Below are positions 40,430 to 49,854 of a stretch of 64,000 nucleotides of DNA, piece after piece (position 1 is the stretch's first letter; every line of letters starts with the position of its first letter). The notes below the pieces were generated by a model that had not been told where the DNA came from, searched no databases, and worked only from the letters and a program-made list of their open reading frames with translations. Source of the DNA: an uncultured Bacilli bacterium (GTDB taxonomy: Bacteria; Bacillota_I; Bacilli_A; RF39; UBA660); assembly GCA_964018915.1 (NCBI GenBank), contig CAXHRJ010000001.1, positions 224,636 through 288,635 on the forward strand. Direction: 5' to 3'. Both the position numbers and the translations under genes were made by a program.

Positions 40430-41326
40430 CTATTCTACAAATTCTTGTTCAACTTTTAGTTCTACCCCATATTTTTCTTTTACTTTATCTTGTATCTCTA
40501 ATATTAATTTCTTAACATCTTCTCCACTAGCGTGCCCTTTGTTAATAATAAAATTAGCATGTTTTTCACTCACTATCGCATCACCAATAGAATACCCTTT
40601 ATATCCAATTTCTTCTATTAATCTACCTGCAAAATCTCCTTCTGGATTTCTAAAAACTGAACCAGCAGAAGGATATTCTAAAGGCTGGGTTTCCATTCTT
40701 CTTTTTTTCCTATCTTCAATCAATTGCATAATTTCCTCTGAATTGCCTTTTTTTAAGAGAAATGTTGCCTCTAAACAAATGTAGTCAGGATGGTCTTGCA
40801 AAAAAGAAGTACGATAATGAAATTTCATATCATAATTAGTCATTTCCACAACACGATAACGTGGTGTCAATACTTTCACACTCTTAATAATATATCCCAT
40901 ATCACTCTTATAGGCTCCAGCATTCATAAACACTGCACCACCAACAGTCCCAGGAATACCTGTTGCAAATTCCATTCCTGTATATCCCAATCTAGAAAGA
41001 CGATTAGATAGTTTAGTAAGAGAATATCCTGCACCAACACGTACAACATTTCCTTTTATTTCTAATTCATCTAAAGAATCCAATTTAATTAATATACCAT
41101 CATAGTAAGAATTACTAAAAATTAAATTAGAACCTTTTCCTAAAATTTTATGTTTTATTCTTTTCTCTCTTAAATACTTTAAGAGAATAATTAATCCCTC
41201 TATATCCTTTGGTTTCACTAATCCTAAAGCTTTTCCATCTAACTGATATGTTGTATATTCCTTCAAATCTATATCAGCTAGAACAACGCCTACCTCTAAA
41301 TCTTCAATTTCTTTTATTATGTTCAT
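40430..41326 (-). CDS. murB: UDP-N-acetylenolpyruvoylglucosamine reductase
   Basis: FAD-binding domain with LGKGSNL, and C-terminal MurB motifs (PSAGSVFRNP). Confidence 0.9.
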   Translation of the reverse strand: MNIIKEIEDLEVGVVLADIDLKEYTTYQLDGKALGLVKPKDIEGLIILLKYLREKRIKHKILGKGSNLIFSNSYYDGILIKLDSLDELEIKGNVVRVGAGYSLTKLSNRLSRLGYTGMEFATGIPGTVGGAVFMNAGAYKSDMGYIIKSVKVLTPRYRVVEMTNYDMKFHYRTSFLQDHPDYICLEATFLLKKGNSEEIMQLIEDRKKRRMETQPLEYPSAGSVFRNPEGDFAGRLIEEIGYKGYSIGDAIVSEKHANFIINKGHASGEDVKKLILEIQDKVKEKYGVELKVEQEFVE

Positions 41327-41327
41327 A

Positions 41328-42413
41328 TTATCGTTTTCCTTCTATTAATTTTTGGATTTCATGATAAATAATGGTTGCACTATCAGTTACTCCCATTTTA
41401 GATAAGTTCTTTTTCATTTCTTCTTGCTTTTGCCTAGAACTTAATATCTCATTCATTTTTTCAATCAAAATGAATGGTTCTAAATCTTTTTCTTCAATAA
41501 GATATGCTGCCTTTTCATTCACTAAATCCATCGCATTTTTATATTGATGATTATTGGGAACATATGGACTTGGTATCAAAATAGATGGTATTTTTAAAGC
41601 CATAATTTCACTTAATGTAGAGGCACCAGCACGTGTAATCATTAAATCTGTATTTTTCATAATACGTGTCATATTATCAATATAAGGAACAACTTTTACA
41701 TTCTTAGGGAAAGAACATTTTGATATTTCCTCATAATCATTTTTACCTGTTACAAACAAAAACTGATAAGGTTCCTTCTCTACTAATGGTAAAGCTTTTT
41801 TCAATACCTCATTCACACTGCTAGCACCTAATGATCCCATCACAATAAGGACTAATTTTTTTCTATCATCAAGACCTAATTCCGATTTTTCCATAGGTTC
41901 TTTTTTCAAAGCATCCTCACTACAAGGATTTCCTGTAAATATTGTTTTTTCTTCAGGAAAACTACTCATTGAAGACTTAAAAGAAACGCCTATCAAATCT
42001 GTATGGGACGCTAAAGACAAATTAGCTTTTCCTGGGACACTATTTTGCTCATGTAAAAATGTTTTAATACCTAATTTATGTGCAGCTGATAAAACTGGTA
42101 CAGTTACATAACCACCAACACCTATAACAATATCTGGTTTAAACTCTTTTAACCAGTTTAAACATTTTTTTCTTGCTTTGTATAAACAATGAACAACTTT
42201 TACATTCTTCCATAGTTGTTTTCTATTAAAACCATATACTTCTATAGAGCGAAAAGGGATTCCCTCTTTAGGAACAATATCCTTTTCCATTCTATTATGA
42301 GTACCTATATATAAGAACTCACTATTAGGCTCTTTTTCTTGAATTTTGTGAATAATTGCTAAAGCAGGATAAATATGTCCTCCTGTTCCTCCAGCACTAA
42401 TGACTACTCTCAT
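41328..42413 (-). CDS. murG: undecaprenyldiphospho-muramoylpentapeptide beta-N-acetylglucosaminyltransferase
   Basis: N-terminus GGTGGHIYPALA and the C-terminal GT-B domain. Confidence 0.9.
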   Translation of the reverse strand: MRVVISAGGTGGHIYPALAIIHKIQEKEPNSEFLYIGTHNRMEKDIVPKEGIPFRSIEVYGFNRKQLWKNVKVVHCLYKARKKCLNWLKEFKPDIVIGVGGYVTVPVLSAAHKLGIKTFLHEQNSVPGKANLSLASHTDLIGVSFKSSMSSFPEEKTIFTGNPCSEDALKKEPMEKSELGLDDRKKLVLIVMGSLGASSVNEVLKKALPLVEKEPYQFLFVTGKNDYEEISKCSFPKNVKVVPYIDNMTRIMKNTDLMITRAGASTLSEIMALKIPSILIPSPYVPNNHQYKNAMDLVNEKAAYLIEEKDLEPFILIEKMNEILSSRQKQEEMKKNLSKMGVTDSATIIYHEIQKLIEGKR

Positions 42414-42492
42414 TTCATCACTTCCTATGAACTTATTATATCATAATTATATGCAAAATCCTAGGCATAATATGACACAAAAAAAGGACTAA

Positions 42493-43326
42493 TTAAGCCC
42501 TTTTTTGTTTTTCTTTTGGATCTGTAGTAAAATCTAAAACTGCATATAGTTTTGGAGAACGTTCTCCACAAGAATCAAATAATGCTACATCAGCTGCAAC
42601 TATTGGAAATGGTTGAGTTGAAAAGTAACTTTTGATAATATTAGCTACACTAGCTAATTCATGAGAAGAAGTACAAATTCCCTCTAATTGTCTTTTTGGA
42701 GCTAAGCCAAAATTACTTCCCATTTCTTCTAAAATAGCTTTTATAATAACAGTTACTTGATCTTGCATATAAGCTAGCATTCTTTCTTCACTAATTCTAG
42801 TAGTAGTTAATAAATTATCTAAGAACGCCATATCTTCTTTTTTAGACTCTGGCATCGCTTTCATCTTACCAGTAAATTTCAAAATTACTTTTGCCGTCTT
42901 TAGTTGCATAGTACGTCTTTTTACTTCTTCTAAGCCTCTATTTCTAGCTTCCATTAAATGCATAAAAGTACCAAGCATTAGCATCTTTTCAGAAATAGAA
43001 TAATTACCATTTAATCTACGATATTCGTTTCTATCTACTACACCTCTATAATATGCTTCTAATACTTCTTTTATAGAAACAGAATCACGGGATAAATAAT
43101 TTTCTTTATCACTTCCACGTTCTTCTATTAATCTTTTCTCTGCTTTAAATAAAGTTCTTGCTTGTTCACTTCCATCTATAATTCTTTCTGTTTCAGTAGC
43201 GATAGTGTTACAAACATTTTCCTTTGATAATTCTACACTATCAAATTTATCACTATCTAACATTAACAATAACGATGTAATCGCACTATTTTCTACAGTT
43301 TTCATTATAAAAACCCCCTTTAACAT
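42493..43326 (-). CDS. hypothetical protein
   Basis: 277-aa ORF with no recognisable motif. An alternative start is the ATG at 43305 (MKTVEN). Confidence 0.4.
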   Translation of the reverse strand: MLKGVFIMKTVENSAITSLLLMLDSDKFDSVELSKENVCNTIATETERIIDGSEQARTLFKAEKRLIEERGSDKENYLSRDSVSIKEVLEAYYRGVVDRNEYRRLNGNYSISEKMLMLGTFMHLMEARNRGLEEVKRRTMQLKTAKVILKFTGKMKAMPESKKEDMAFLDNLLTTTRISEERMLAYMQDQVTVIIKAILEEMGSNFGLAPKRQLEGICTSSHELASVANIIKSYFSTQPFPIVAADVALFDSCGERSPKLYAVLDFTTDPKEKQKRA

Positions 43327-43378
43327 TGTGTTATTATATCATGTTTTTTTTAAATTGCAAATTAAAAGAAATTATAAA

Positions 43379-44200
43379 TTATAATTTCTTTTGCTGACTA
43401 TGTAGAGTAAGAACCAAAGCATTCGCCATTCCTCTTCCTTCTAATAAGCTAGTCTCAGATAAAGCAGAATGCATTTTTTCTACTTTTGTTTCACAAATAA
43501 TTTGATCTTGATATAAAGCGTGATAATTTTCTTCTGAATAAACACAACTATTAGCAGCATCTACAATCAAGTTTTTTTTATCGCGAATAACCGTATGATA
43601 CGCAGTTCCTGAAAAAGTACTTGGCATTAAAGAAGTTACTAAAGTAGAACCTGGCATAAAATCCATCAATGCCCAAGAAATGTTATGACATTCCCCTACT
43701 ACTTGATTATTTCTTAAAATAAAATTAGCAAGGCAATTATCTGCAAAATATTTTTGGATAGAATAAAATGTTATTGCTCCTAATTTCTCACTATAAACAG
43801 TAATATATCCTAAATCATCTTTCACTCTATCCACATAAGGAGCTTTCATAATAAAATTTTTAACATTATTAGGTAAATAATACGTTGTATTTTGTCCTAC
43901 TAAACGGATAAAAGAGATATAATCTTCTCCCATATTATAATGATATTTCTCTAATAACAGATAAAACAAAGAAATGTATTTTTCCCACTCTCTTTTAGTA
44001 AAAAGAAGGGTATGAAGTTCCCAAAAAATTCTCATATAATCCGTTAAAGGGATGTGCTCATCTTCTGCTATACTTTGCCAATCAACACCACTTGCTACTT
44101 TAAATTCTTCTAGAAATTTTCTCATAATTTCTTTATCTTGAATACGATACTTTCCTTCATATTCATCAAATATTTGTCTATACGTCATATTTTCCCCCAA
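43379..44200 (-). CDS. hypothetical protein with a possible Cys/His/Asp triad
   Basis: 273 aa containing GECHNISW ... YHTVIRD ... IVDAANS. Fold unassigned. Confidence 0.4.
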   Translation of the reverse strand: MGENMTYRQIFDEYEGKYRIQDKEIMRKFLEEFKVASGVDWQSIAEDEHIPLTDYMRIFWELHTLLFTKREWEKYISLFYLLLEKYHYNMGEDYISFIRLVGQNTTYYLPNNVKNFIMKAPYVDRVKDDLGYITVYSEKLGAITFYSIQKYFADNCLANFILRNNQVVGECHNISWALMDFMPGSTLVTSLMPSTFSGTAYHTVIRDKKNLIVDAANSCVYSEENYHALYQDQIICETKVEKMHSALSETSLLEGRGMANALVLTLHSQQKKL

Positions 44201-44233
44201 TGAGTAATTATTATATCTTTTTTATATAGTTTG

Positions 44234-46003
44234 TCAAATCTCCTTATCATATGCTTGTAAATAATCATACAACTCTTGCGCCACTTTTTCTGGAAGCTGA
44301 GTCTTTAACTCTTCCATACTAAGCTTCTTTAAAGCGGTAATCGTTTTATACTTCTTTAACAATTGCTTTTTTCTCTTATCCCCTATTCCTGACACTGGAT
44401 CTAATACACTAGCCAGTGTTCCTTTACTTCTAATTTGTTTATGATAGTTGATAGTAAATTCATGCACCTCATCTTGCATTCTTTCTAGCAAATAAAATAC
44501 ATTACTTTTTTTATCAATTTCATATTCTTCATCCTCTGTAAGAAGTGCATTTGTTGTATGCCTATCATCTTTCTTTAATCCCACTACCATAATAGGAAGA
44601 CAAAGACTATCAATAATTTCTTTAGCAGCATGTATCTGCCCTAAACCACCGTCCACAATAATCAAATCTGGTTTTTCTAGGTTATCTTTTAATACTCTAA
44701 AATATCTTCGATAAATAACTTCTCTCATCGTATTGTAATCATCATTCTTGTCAACAGATATTTTATATTTACGATATTCATTCTTAGCAGGTTTGCCATT
44801 TTTAAATACCACCATTCCCGAAACATTATAGGTTCCAAATAAATGAGCATTGTCAAATATCTCAATACGATCTAATTTGTCAAGTCCAAGAATATTGCGT
44901 AATTCTTCATTCGCATTTAATGTTCTTGCTTCATCCCTTTCAATTAATTCAAACTGTTCCTCTAACGCTATTCTAGCATTTTCATTAGCCATCTCAATTA
45001 GTTTTAATTTTTCCCCTTTTTGAGGCTTTCTAACATCTATTTCTAAATAATCAGTAAGCACTACATCATCTACTATTTCAGGAGCTAATATTTCTTTTGG
45101 CTTTAAAATATTCTGATAAAAATCAGCGATATAACGAGTTAATTCTTCCTCTTCGCTTTCAATCATGGGAAGAATTTTAGAATGCCTACCTACTATCTTC
45201 GAACCTCTAATAAAAAATACTTGAATACTTAAATATCCCTTATTTACATAGTAACCAAAAATATCCCTATCTACTTGATCTTTTATTTCAACTTGTTGAT
45301 GGGTAAGTGTTACTCTTATATATTCTAATAATTGTTTCATCTCTAATGCTTTTTCATATTTCATATCTTCACTATAAATTTTCATTTCTTCTTCAATACG
45401 TTTGGTAATAAAAGAGTGATCTCCTTTTAAAAAACGAATAATCTCATCTTTCATTATATCTATTTCTTCTTTTGGAACGTTCCTTGTACAATAACCTAAG
45501 CATTGATGAATATGATAATAAAGACATGGCTTAGCATTATAGGTATTACACTTTCTAACAGGATACATACGATTTAGCAAATTTACAACACCACGAGCAG
45601 CCGTTACATTAGGATATGGCCCATATAAATATTTCTGATTCTTTTTACGTGATAAAGAACGTACTACTTTTAAACGTGGCACTTCTTCATTTGTAAGTTC
45701 AATATAAGGATATGTTTTATCATCTTTTAAAAGGATATTATACTTTGGGTTATATTTTTTAATCAAATTATTTTCTAAAATAAAAGATTCTACTTCACTA
45801 TTTACTGTAATGTATTCAAAATCAACTATTTCGCTTACTAATTTTGCAGTCTTACCAGTATGTTTTCCGCGAAAATAAGAACTAACTCTATTCTTTAAAT
45901 TTTTAGCTTTTCCTACATAAATAATAATGCCATCTTTATTCTTCATTAAATAACAACCTGGGCTTGTTGTTAATAAAGAAAGTTTCTGTTTTATATAATC
46001 CAT
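44234..46003 (-). CDS. uvrC: excinuclease ABC subunit C
   Basis: GIY-YIG N-terminus (GCYLMKNKDGIIIYVGKAKNLKNRV), UvrBC-interaction region, and an RNase H-like plus HhH2 C-terminus. Confidence 0.9.
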   Translation of the reverse strand: MDYIKQKLSLLTTSPGCYLMKNKDGIIIYVGKAKNLKNRVSSYFRGKHTGKTAKLVSEIVDFEYITVNSEVESFILENNLIKKYNPKYNILLKDDKTYPYIELTNEEVPRLKVVRSLSRKKNQKYLYGPYPNVTAARGVVNLLNRMYPVRKCNTYNAKPCLYYHIHQCLGYCTRNVPKEEIDIMKDEIIRFLKGDHSFITKRIEEEMKIYSEDMKYEKALEMKQLLEYIRVTLTHQQVEIKDQVDRDIFGYYVNKGYLSIQVFFIRGSKIVGRHSKILPMIESEEEELTRYIADFYQNILKPKEILAPEIVDDVVLTDYLEIDVRKPQKGEKLKLIEMANENARIALEEQFELIERDEARTLNANEELRNILGLDKLDRIEIFDNAHLFGTYNVSGMVVFKNGKPAKNEYRKYKISVDKNDDYNTMREVIYRRYFRVLKDNLEKPDLIIVDGGLGQIHAAKEIIDSLCLPIMVVGLKKDDRHTTNALLTEDEEYEIDKKSNVFYLLERMQDEVHEFTINYHKQIRSKGTLASVLDPVSGIGDKRKKQLLKKYKTITALKKLSMEELKTQLPEKVAQELYDYLQAYDKEI

Positions 46004-46012
46004 AAGTCACCT

Positions 46013-47050
46013 CTATATCTTATTATATTTTTCTAGCAATCTATAAATTTCACAATTAATCTCTTTCCTATTCTCACGCAAAAGAGGATTCTCCCTTGAC
46101 GGATGAATAGAATTAGAGAAAAAGAGGATTGCAATATCATTACTTCTATCTATCAAGATATGATGTCCTGGAAAACCAGTATGATAGATAGAATCTTCTC
46201 CACAAACATCTTTACAAGCACTTATGCTTTTTCCATAAATCCAACCAATTGTTCGTCTGACATTGTCAGAACCAATAAATAAAGGAGAAAACCATAAATC
46301 AATATATTTCTTTTCTAAAAATTCTTTGCCTTCATAATAGCCATCATGTAGAATCATCTCTAAAAAATGACTAATATCATAAACTGTTGAAAAAACGCCA
46401 GCATGTCCTGCCACTCCATTTAGAAAGGAGGCTTTCTCGTCATGAACACTTCCCCATACTAGCCCTCGCTCTTTTGTCAATTCCATTGGAACACATCTAG
46501 ATTTTTCCTTCGGATTAAACATGGTATCTTTCATATCTAATGGTTTAAATATCCATTTTTTAGAAATCATATCTAATGAGGAACCAGTTATTTTTTCAAT
46601 AATAAAACCTAACAAAATAAAATTAATATCTGCATATTTTACATCCTCTCCAGAATTAAATATACGATTTAGTTTATGAAGGAATTCTGCTTTACTAGTA
46701 AGATGATATTTATCAACAGTAGATTGTAAACCTGACGAATGGGTTAATAAATGGAGTATCCTAACATCCTCATAAGGAAACTCATCTAAATAGTATTTTA
46801 CACTATCTTCTAGTTTTATTTTATCATCCCTTAGCAGAAAAGAAACTAGTGTATTCGTAACTAGTAGTTTGGTAAGACTCGCTATATCATACAAATTATT
46901 TAAAGAGTTTTCTTCTTTTGTTGGAATAATAGATTTATATCCAATACTACCAAAAAAACTCTCTTCTCTTGTCAATATTCCATAATTACATCCTGGAAAC
47001 ACATTTTTCTCTACTAAAGTATTTAAATATTTTTCTAATTCTTCTTTCAT
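46013..47050 (-). CDS. serine hydrolase (beta-lactamase-related/class C fold)
   Basis: SxxK motif DIASLTKLL, and HTGFPGH near the C-terminus. Confidence 0.7.
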   Translation of the reverse strand: MKEELEKYLNTLVEKNVFPGCNYGILTREESFFGSIGYKSIIPTKEENSLNNLYDIASLTKLLVTNTLVSFLLRDDKIKLEDSVKYYLDEFPYEDVRILHLLTHSSGLQSTVDKYHLTSKAEFLHKLNRIFNSGEDVKYADINFILLGFIIEKITGSSLDMISKKWIFKPLDMKDTMFNPKEKSRCVPMELTKERGLVWGSVHDEKASFLNGVAGHAGVFSTVYDISHFLEMILHDGYYEGKEFLEKKYIDLWFSPLFIGSDNVRRTIGWIYGKSISACKDVCGEDSIYHTGFPGHHILIDRSNDIAILFFSNSIHPSRENPLLRENRKEINCEIYRLLEKYNKI

Positions 47051-47084
47051 ATTAGCATCACCTATTTATTGTAACATAATTTCT

Positions 47085-47107
47085 TATAAATAAAAAGAAC
47101 CAAAGGT
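47085..47107 (-). terminator. bidirectional terminator downstream of the radical SAM-MazG gene
   Basis: AGAACC(ttt)GGTTCT followed by TTTTTATTT on the minus strand, and an A-run on the other side. Confidence 0.55.
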
Positions 47108-47112
47108 TCTTT

Positions 47113-48780
47113 CTAAATATGTTTCTCATAAGGTTTCTCTGATTCTACTTCACTCGTTTTATATTCCGTAAGTAAATCTATTCTAGAATTAGATATCGCT
47201 ATATCAAAGCCTTTTTCATAACGAGATTTTAATTTTTCTATATTAAGTCGTGCTGCTTCTTCAATAGAAATTCCTAGTTCATGATTAACAATAGCTGTAA
47301 GTACTATCATAAAAGAAGCACTCTGTCTAATTAATTCCTCTTTATCCTCTACATAGAGAAGCTTGCAAGCATTAGTCATTAAATTCTTCCAAAAGGTATC
47401 AAAATCATATTCACTAGTAAAGTTATCTAAACTAGATAAAGGATAATATTTTGAGCGAGGAGTGAATAAACATTCTGGGTCTTTTGTCTTCACACACTTT
47501 TCCAATTCTACTTCGTCCATAGAAGTTCTAGTAGAAGGAACACGACTTTTCTTTTGCAATAAATAATTGCCAATATCTTCAAAAGTTACTCCATAGGAAC
47601 TACTTAGAGAAGCTGCAATATACCACATGATATCGCCCGCTTCGATTGCTAAATTCTTTCTAATCTTTTCTTTATTCTCATCTGTTAAATCATGTGTCTT
47701 ATACTTTTTAAAAGAATCAAAGAATTCTCCTAACTCTCCAATAAGCCCCAATTCACCATTCATTCTTTTTAACTCATTAGAGTCGAATTCTTTCATCGTT
47801 CTTAAAGCTTGACTCCCATATTCTTTAAATGTTAAGTGAGTCGTATCTACAAAAGCAACCATTTTTTGACCTAAACATCCGCCTTTACAACAAGCAAATT
47901 GTGGACATCTCATGCATTCATCTGCTACTTCATTTTTATATTTTCTAATAGCTTCAAAATAAGGAGATGTATAGATTGCCCCTAAAGAAGTTTCATAGAT
48001 ATTTCCTCCGCTACCCAAGTAATCAAAGTACTTCATCGCATCGCATGGATAAACATTGCCATCAAATCCTACTATCATAGTTTTATCTGCCGCAGTACAA
48101 GGCGTATGACTAATTCCTAGAAAATTCCAAGGGCTTCCTAATCTTAGTTTGTCCCCATATTCTCTTTTCCAGAATTCTATATCCCCTTTCAAAGATAACA
48201 TCTCTTCTCTTGATAAAAGTAATGTTTTGTCTCCCCTTCCATGTGGTACAAAACGTAGTAATGAAAACTTTGATGTTCTTTCTTCTGGCAAAGAGAAAAA
48301 TAGTTTTAAAGCATCTGAAATATCACCACTCGTTCTTTTTGTAACAGCATGATGAACCCCTAATGTAATATCTGTCTCCTGTAGTAATTTAGGGAAAAAT
48401 TCTTTTAACTTCATAAATGAAACTGCACCATCACGAGTCAATCTCCAGGTTGTTGAATAAATCATTTCCCCTAGTCCATAAAATGTTAAACGTTTTATTA
48501 ATTCAATGCTTTCATCATTAGGAGTAGCCATTGTATAAAGCTTACTTTTCAATCCTTCTTCTGTTGCATAAGAAACAACCTCCTCAATATGAGGATATAA
48601 CGTTGCTTCTCCTCCTGTAAACACTATAGAACTAGCCCCTAATTCTTTCGACTCACTAATCATTCTTTTTACTAATTCTGGTTTCATTGATAAATAATTT
48701 CGACTAACTGCATTACTAGAACAATGAACACACATTCTTTCACATTGTTCTGTTACCTCTATTTTTACTTCCTTTAACAT
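47113..48780 (-). CDS. radical SAM/SPASM-domain enzyme fused to C-terminal tandem MazG-like NTP pyrophosphohydrolase domains
   Basis: CERMCVHC (CX3CX2C) and the GGE motif FTGGEAT. A SPASM pattern CX13GX4C...CX2CX5CX3C (CTAADKTMIVGFDGNVYPC ... CMRCPQFACCKGGC). Then ELGLIGELGEF...AIEAGDIMWYIAASL and a second ...IVLTAIVNHELGISIEEAARLNIEKLKSR MazG-type helix pair. Own RBS (GAGGTGA), promoter and terminator. Confidence 0.7.
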   Translation of the reverse strand: MLKEVKIEVTEQCERMCVHCSSNAVSRNYLSMKPELVKRMISESKELGASSIVFTGGEATLYPHIEEVVSYATEEGLKSKLYTMATPNDESIELIKRLTFYGLGEMIYSTTWRLTRDGAVSFMKLKEFFPKLLQETDITLGVHHAVTKRTSGDISDALKLFFSLPEERTSKFSLLRFVPHGRGDKTLLLSREEMLSLKGDIEFWKREYGDKLRLGSPWNFLGISHTPCTAADKTMIVGFDGNVYPCDAMKYFDYLGSGGNIYETSLGAIYTSPYFEAIRKYKNEVADECMRCPQFACCKGGCLGQKMVAFVDTTHLTFKEYGSQALRTMKEFDSNELKRMNGELGLIGELGEFFDSFKKYKTHDLTDENKEKIRKNLAIEAGDIMWYIAASLSSSYGVTFEDIGNYLLQKKSRVPSTRTSMDEVELEKCVKTKDPECLFTPRSKYYPLSSLDNFTSEYDFDTFWKNLMTNACKLLYVEDKEELIRQSASFMIVLTAIVNHELGISIEEAARLNIEKLKSRYEKGFDIAISNSRIDLLTEYKTSEVESEKPYEKHI

Positions 48781-48809
48781 AATTCACCTCAACAGTCATT
48801 TATTATAAC

Positions 48810-48838
48810 AAATTGTAAATAAAAAAAAAAGTTGTTAT
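48810..48838 (+). promoter_or_regulatory. sigma-A-type promoter for yigZ (TTGTAA, 17 nt, TGtTATAAT)
   Basis: -35 TTGTAA at 48810..48815 and extended -10 TGTTATAAT ending at 48838, 18 nt before the yigZ ATG. Confidence 0.4.
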
Positions 48839-48856
48839 AATGATAACGGTGATAAA

Positions 48857-49441
48857 ATGAAATCCATACTTTCTAGAGCAATATCTACAATTGAGATACA
48901 AAAGTCAAAATTTATTTGCGTCTTAGTCCCATTACAACAGATAGACGATGTAAAAGAAGAATTAGAACATGTAAAAGCGGAATATAAAGGGGCAACTCAC
49001 TATTGCTATGGCTACATATTTGATCAAACAAAAAGATTTTCTGATGATGGAGAACCTAGCGGAACAGCTGGAATGCCTATCTTAAAAGTATTAGAAAGTC
49101 AAGAATTAAACCATATACTAGCAGTTGTTATAAGATATTTTGGTGGAATTAAACTAGGAGCTGGCGGTCTTGTTAGAGCTTATACAAATAGTGTCGTAGA
49201 AGCTTTAGAAAAAAGCATTAAAATAAATCTTATTTACGGAAAAAAAGTAAGATTATCATTTCCTTACAATCAAGAAAAGAAAATTTTATCGCTTATTTAT
49301 CCTTATGAGGTTTTAGATAAAAAATATGAAGAAGAAGTTCATTATACGATTTTCCTACCAGATAGTTATCTAACAAATTTAGAAAATTATTCCTATCAAA
49401 TATTAGAAGATAAAGTCTTAGGCCAAGAAAAAAAAGCCTAA
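48857..49441 (+). CDS. yigZ: YigZ/IMPACT-family protein
   Basis: KSKFICVLVP, GATHYCYGYIF, DDGEPSGTAGMPIL. Confidence 0.8.
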   Translation: MKSILSRAISTIEIQKSKFICVLVPLQQIDDVKEELEHVKAEYKGATHYCYGYIFDQTKRFSDDGEPSGTAGMPILKVLESQELNHILAVVIRYFGGIKLGAGGLVRAYTNSVVEALEKSIKINLIYGKKVRLSFPYNQEKKILSLIYPYEVLDKKYEEEVHYTIFLPDSYLTNLENYSYQILEDKVLGQEKKA

Positions 49442-49794
49442 GCTTTTTTAAATTTCTTTTCATCCCTTGCAAGGGCTATAGCAGCTGAAATAATTAATAT
49501 GATACCAACACCTGCCATGAATAATGATTTTATTTCACAATCATCTGTCCTACAATATTCTGCATTTTGGAATTCCACCACACCTTTAACAGTTAAAATA
49601 ATTCCAATTAGAATAAATATACACATAACCACTTTTCCAGTTGGGAATTCTTCCCTTATAGTAAAAACACTTTGTTCTTCTCCAGTTTCTTCTTCTGGTC
49701 TTTCAACAACCATATGACAAATAGAACAAGATTTTTCATTCTCTTTAATTACTGTTCCACAATTTGGACAGCGTAATTTCTTTTTTCTCTCCAT
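49438..49794 (-). CDS. zinc-ribbon membrane protein of unknown function
   Basis: CPNCG...CSICH zinc ribbon followed by two TM helices. Confidence 0.4.
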   Translation of the reverse strand: MERKKKLRCPNCGTVIKENEKSCSICHMVVERPEEETGEEQSVFTIREEFPTGKVVMCIFILIGIILTVKGVVEFQNAEYCRTDDCEIKSLFMAGVGIILIISAAIALARDEKKFKKA

Positions 49795-49854
49795 TTTATC
49801 ATCCCTACTCTAATATCATTTTATCATGTTTCTACAAAAAAAAAAAGGAAATTT

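Noticed and set aside
40356-41011. Plus-strand ORFs of 142 aa and 73 aa
   Set aside because: Antisense to divIB and murB. Cys/Ser/Phe-rich low-complexity products.
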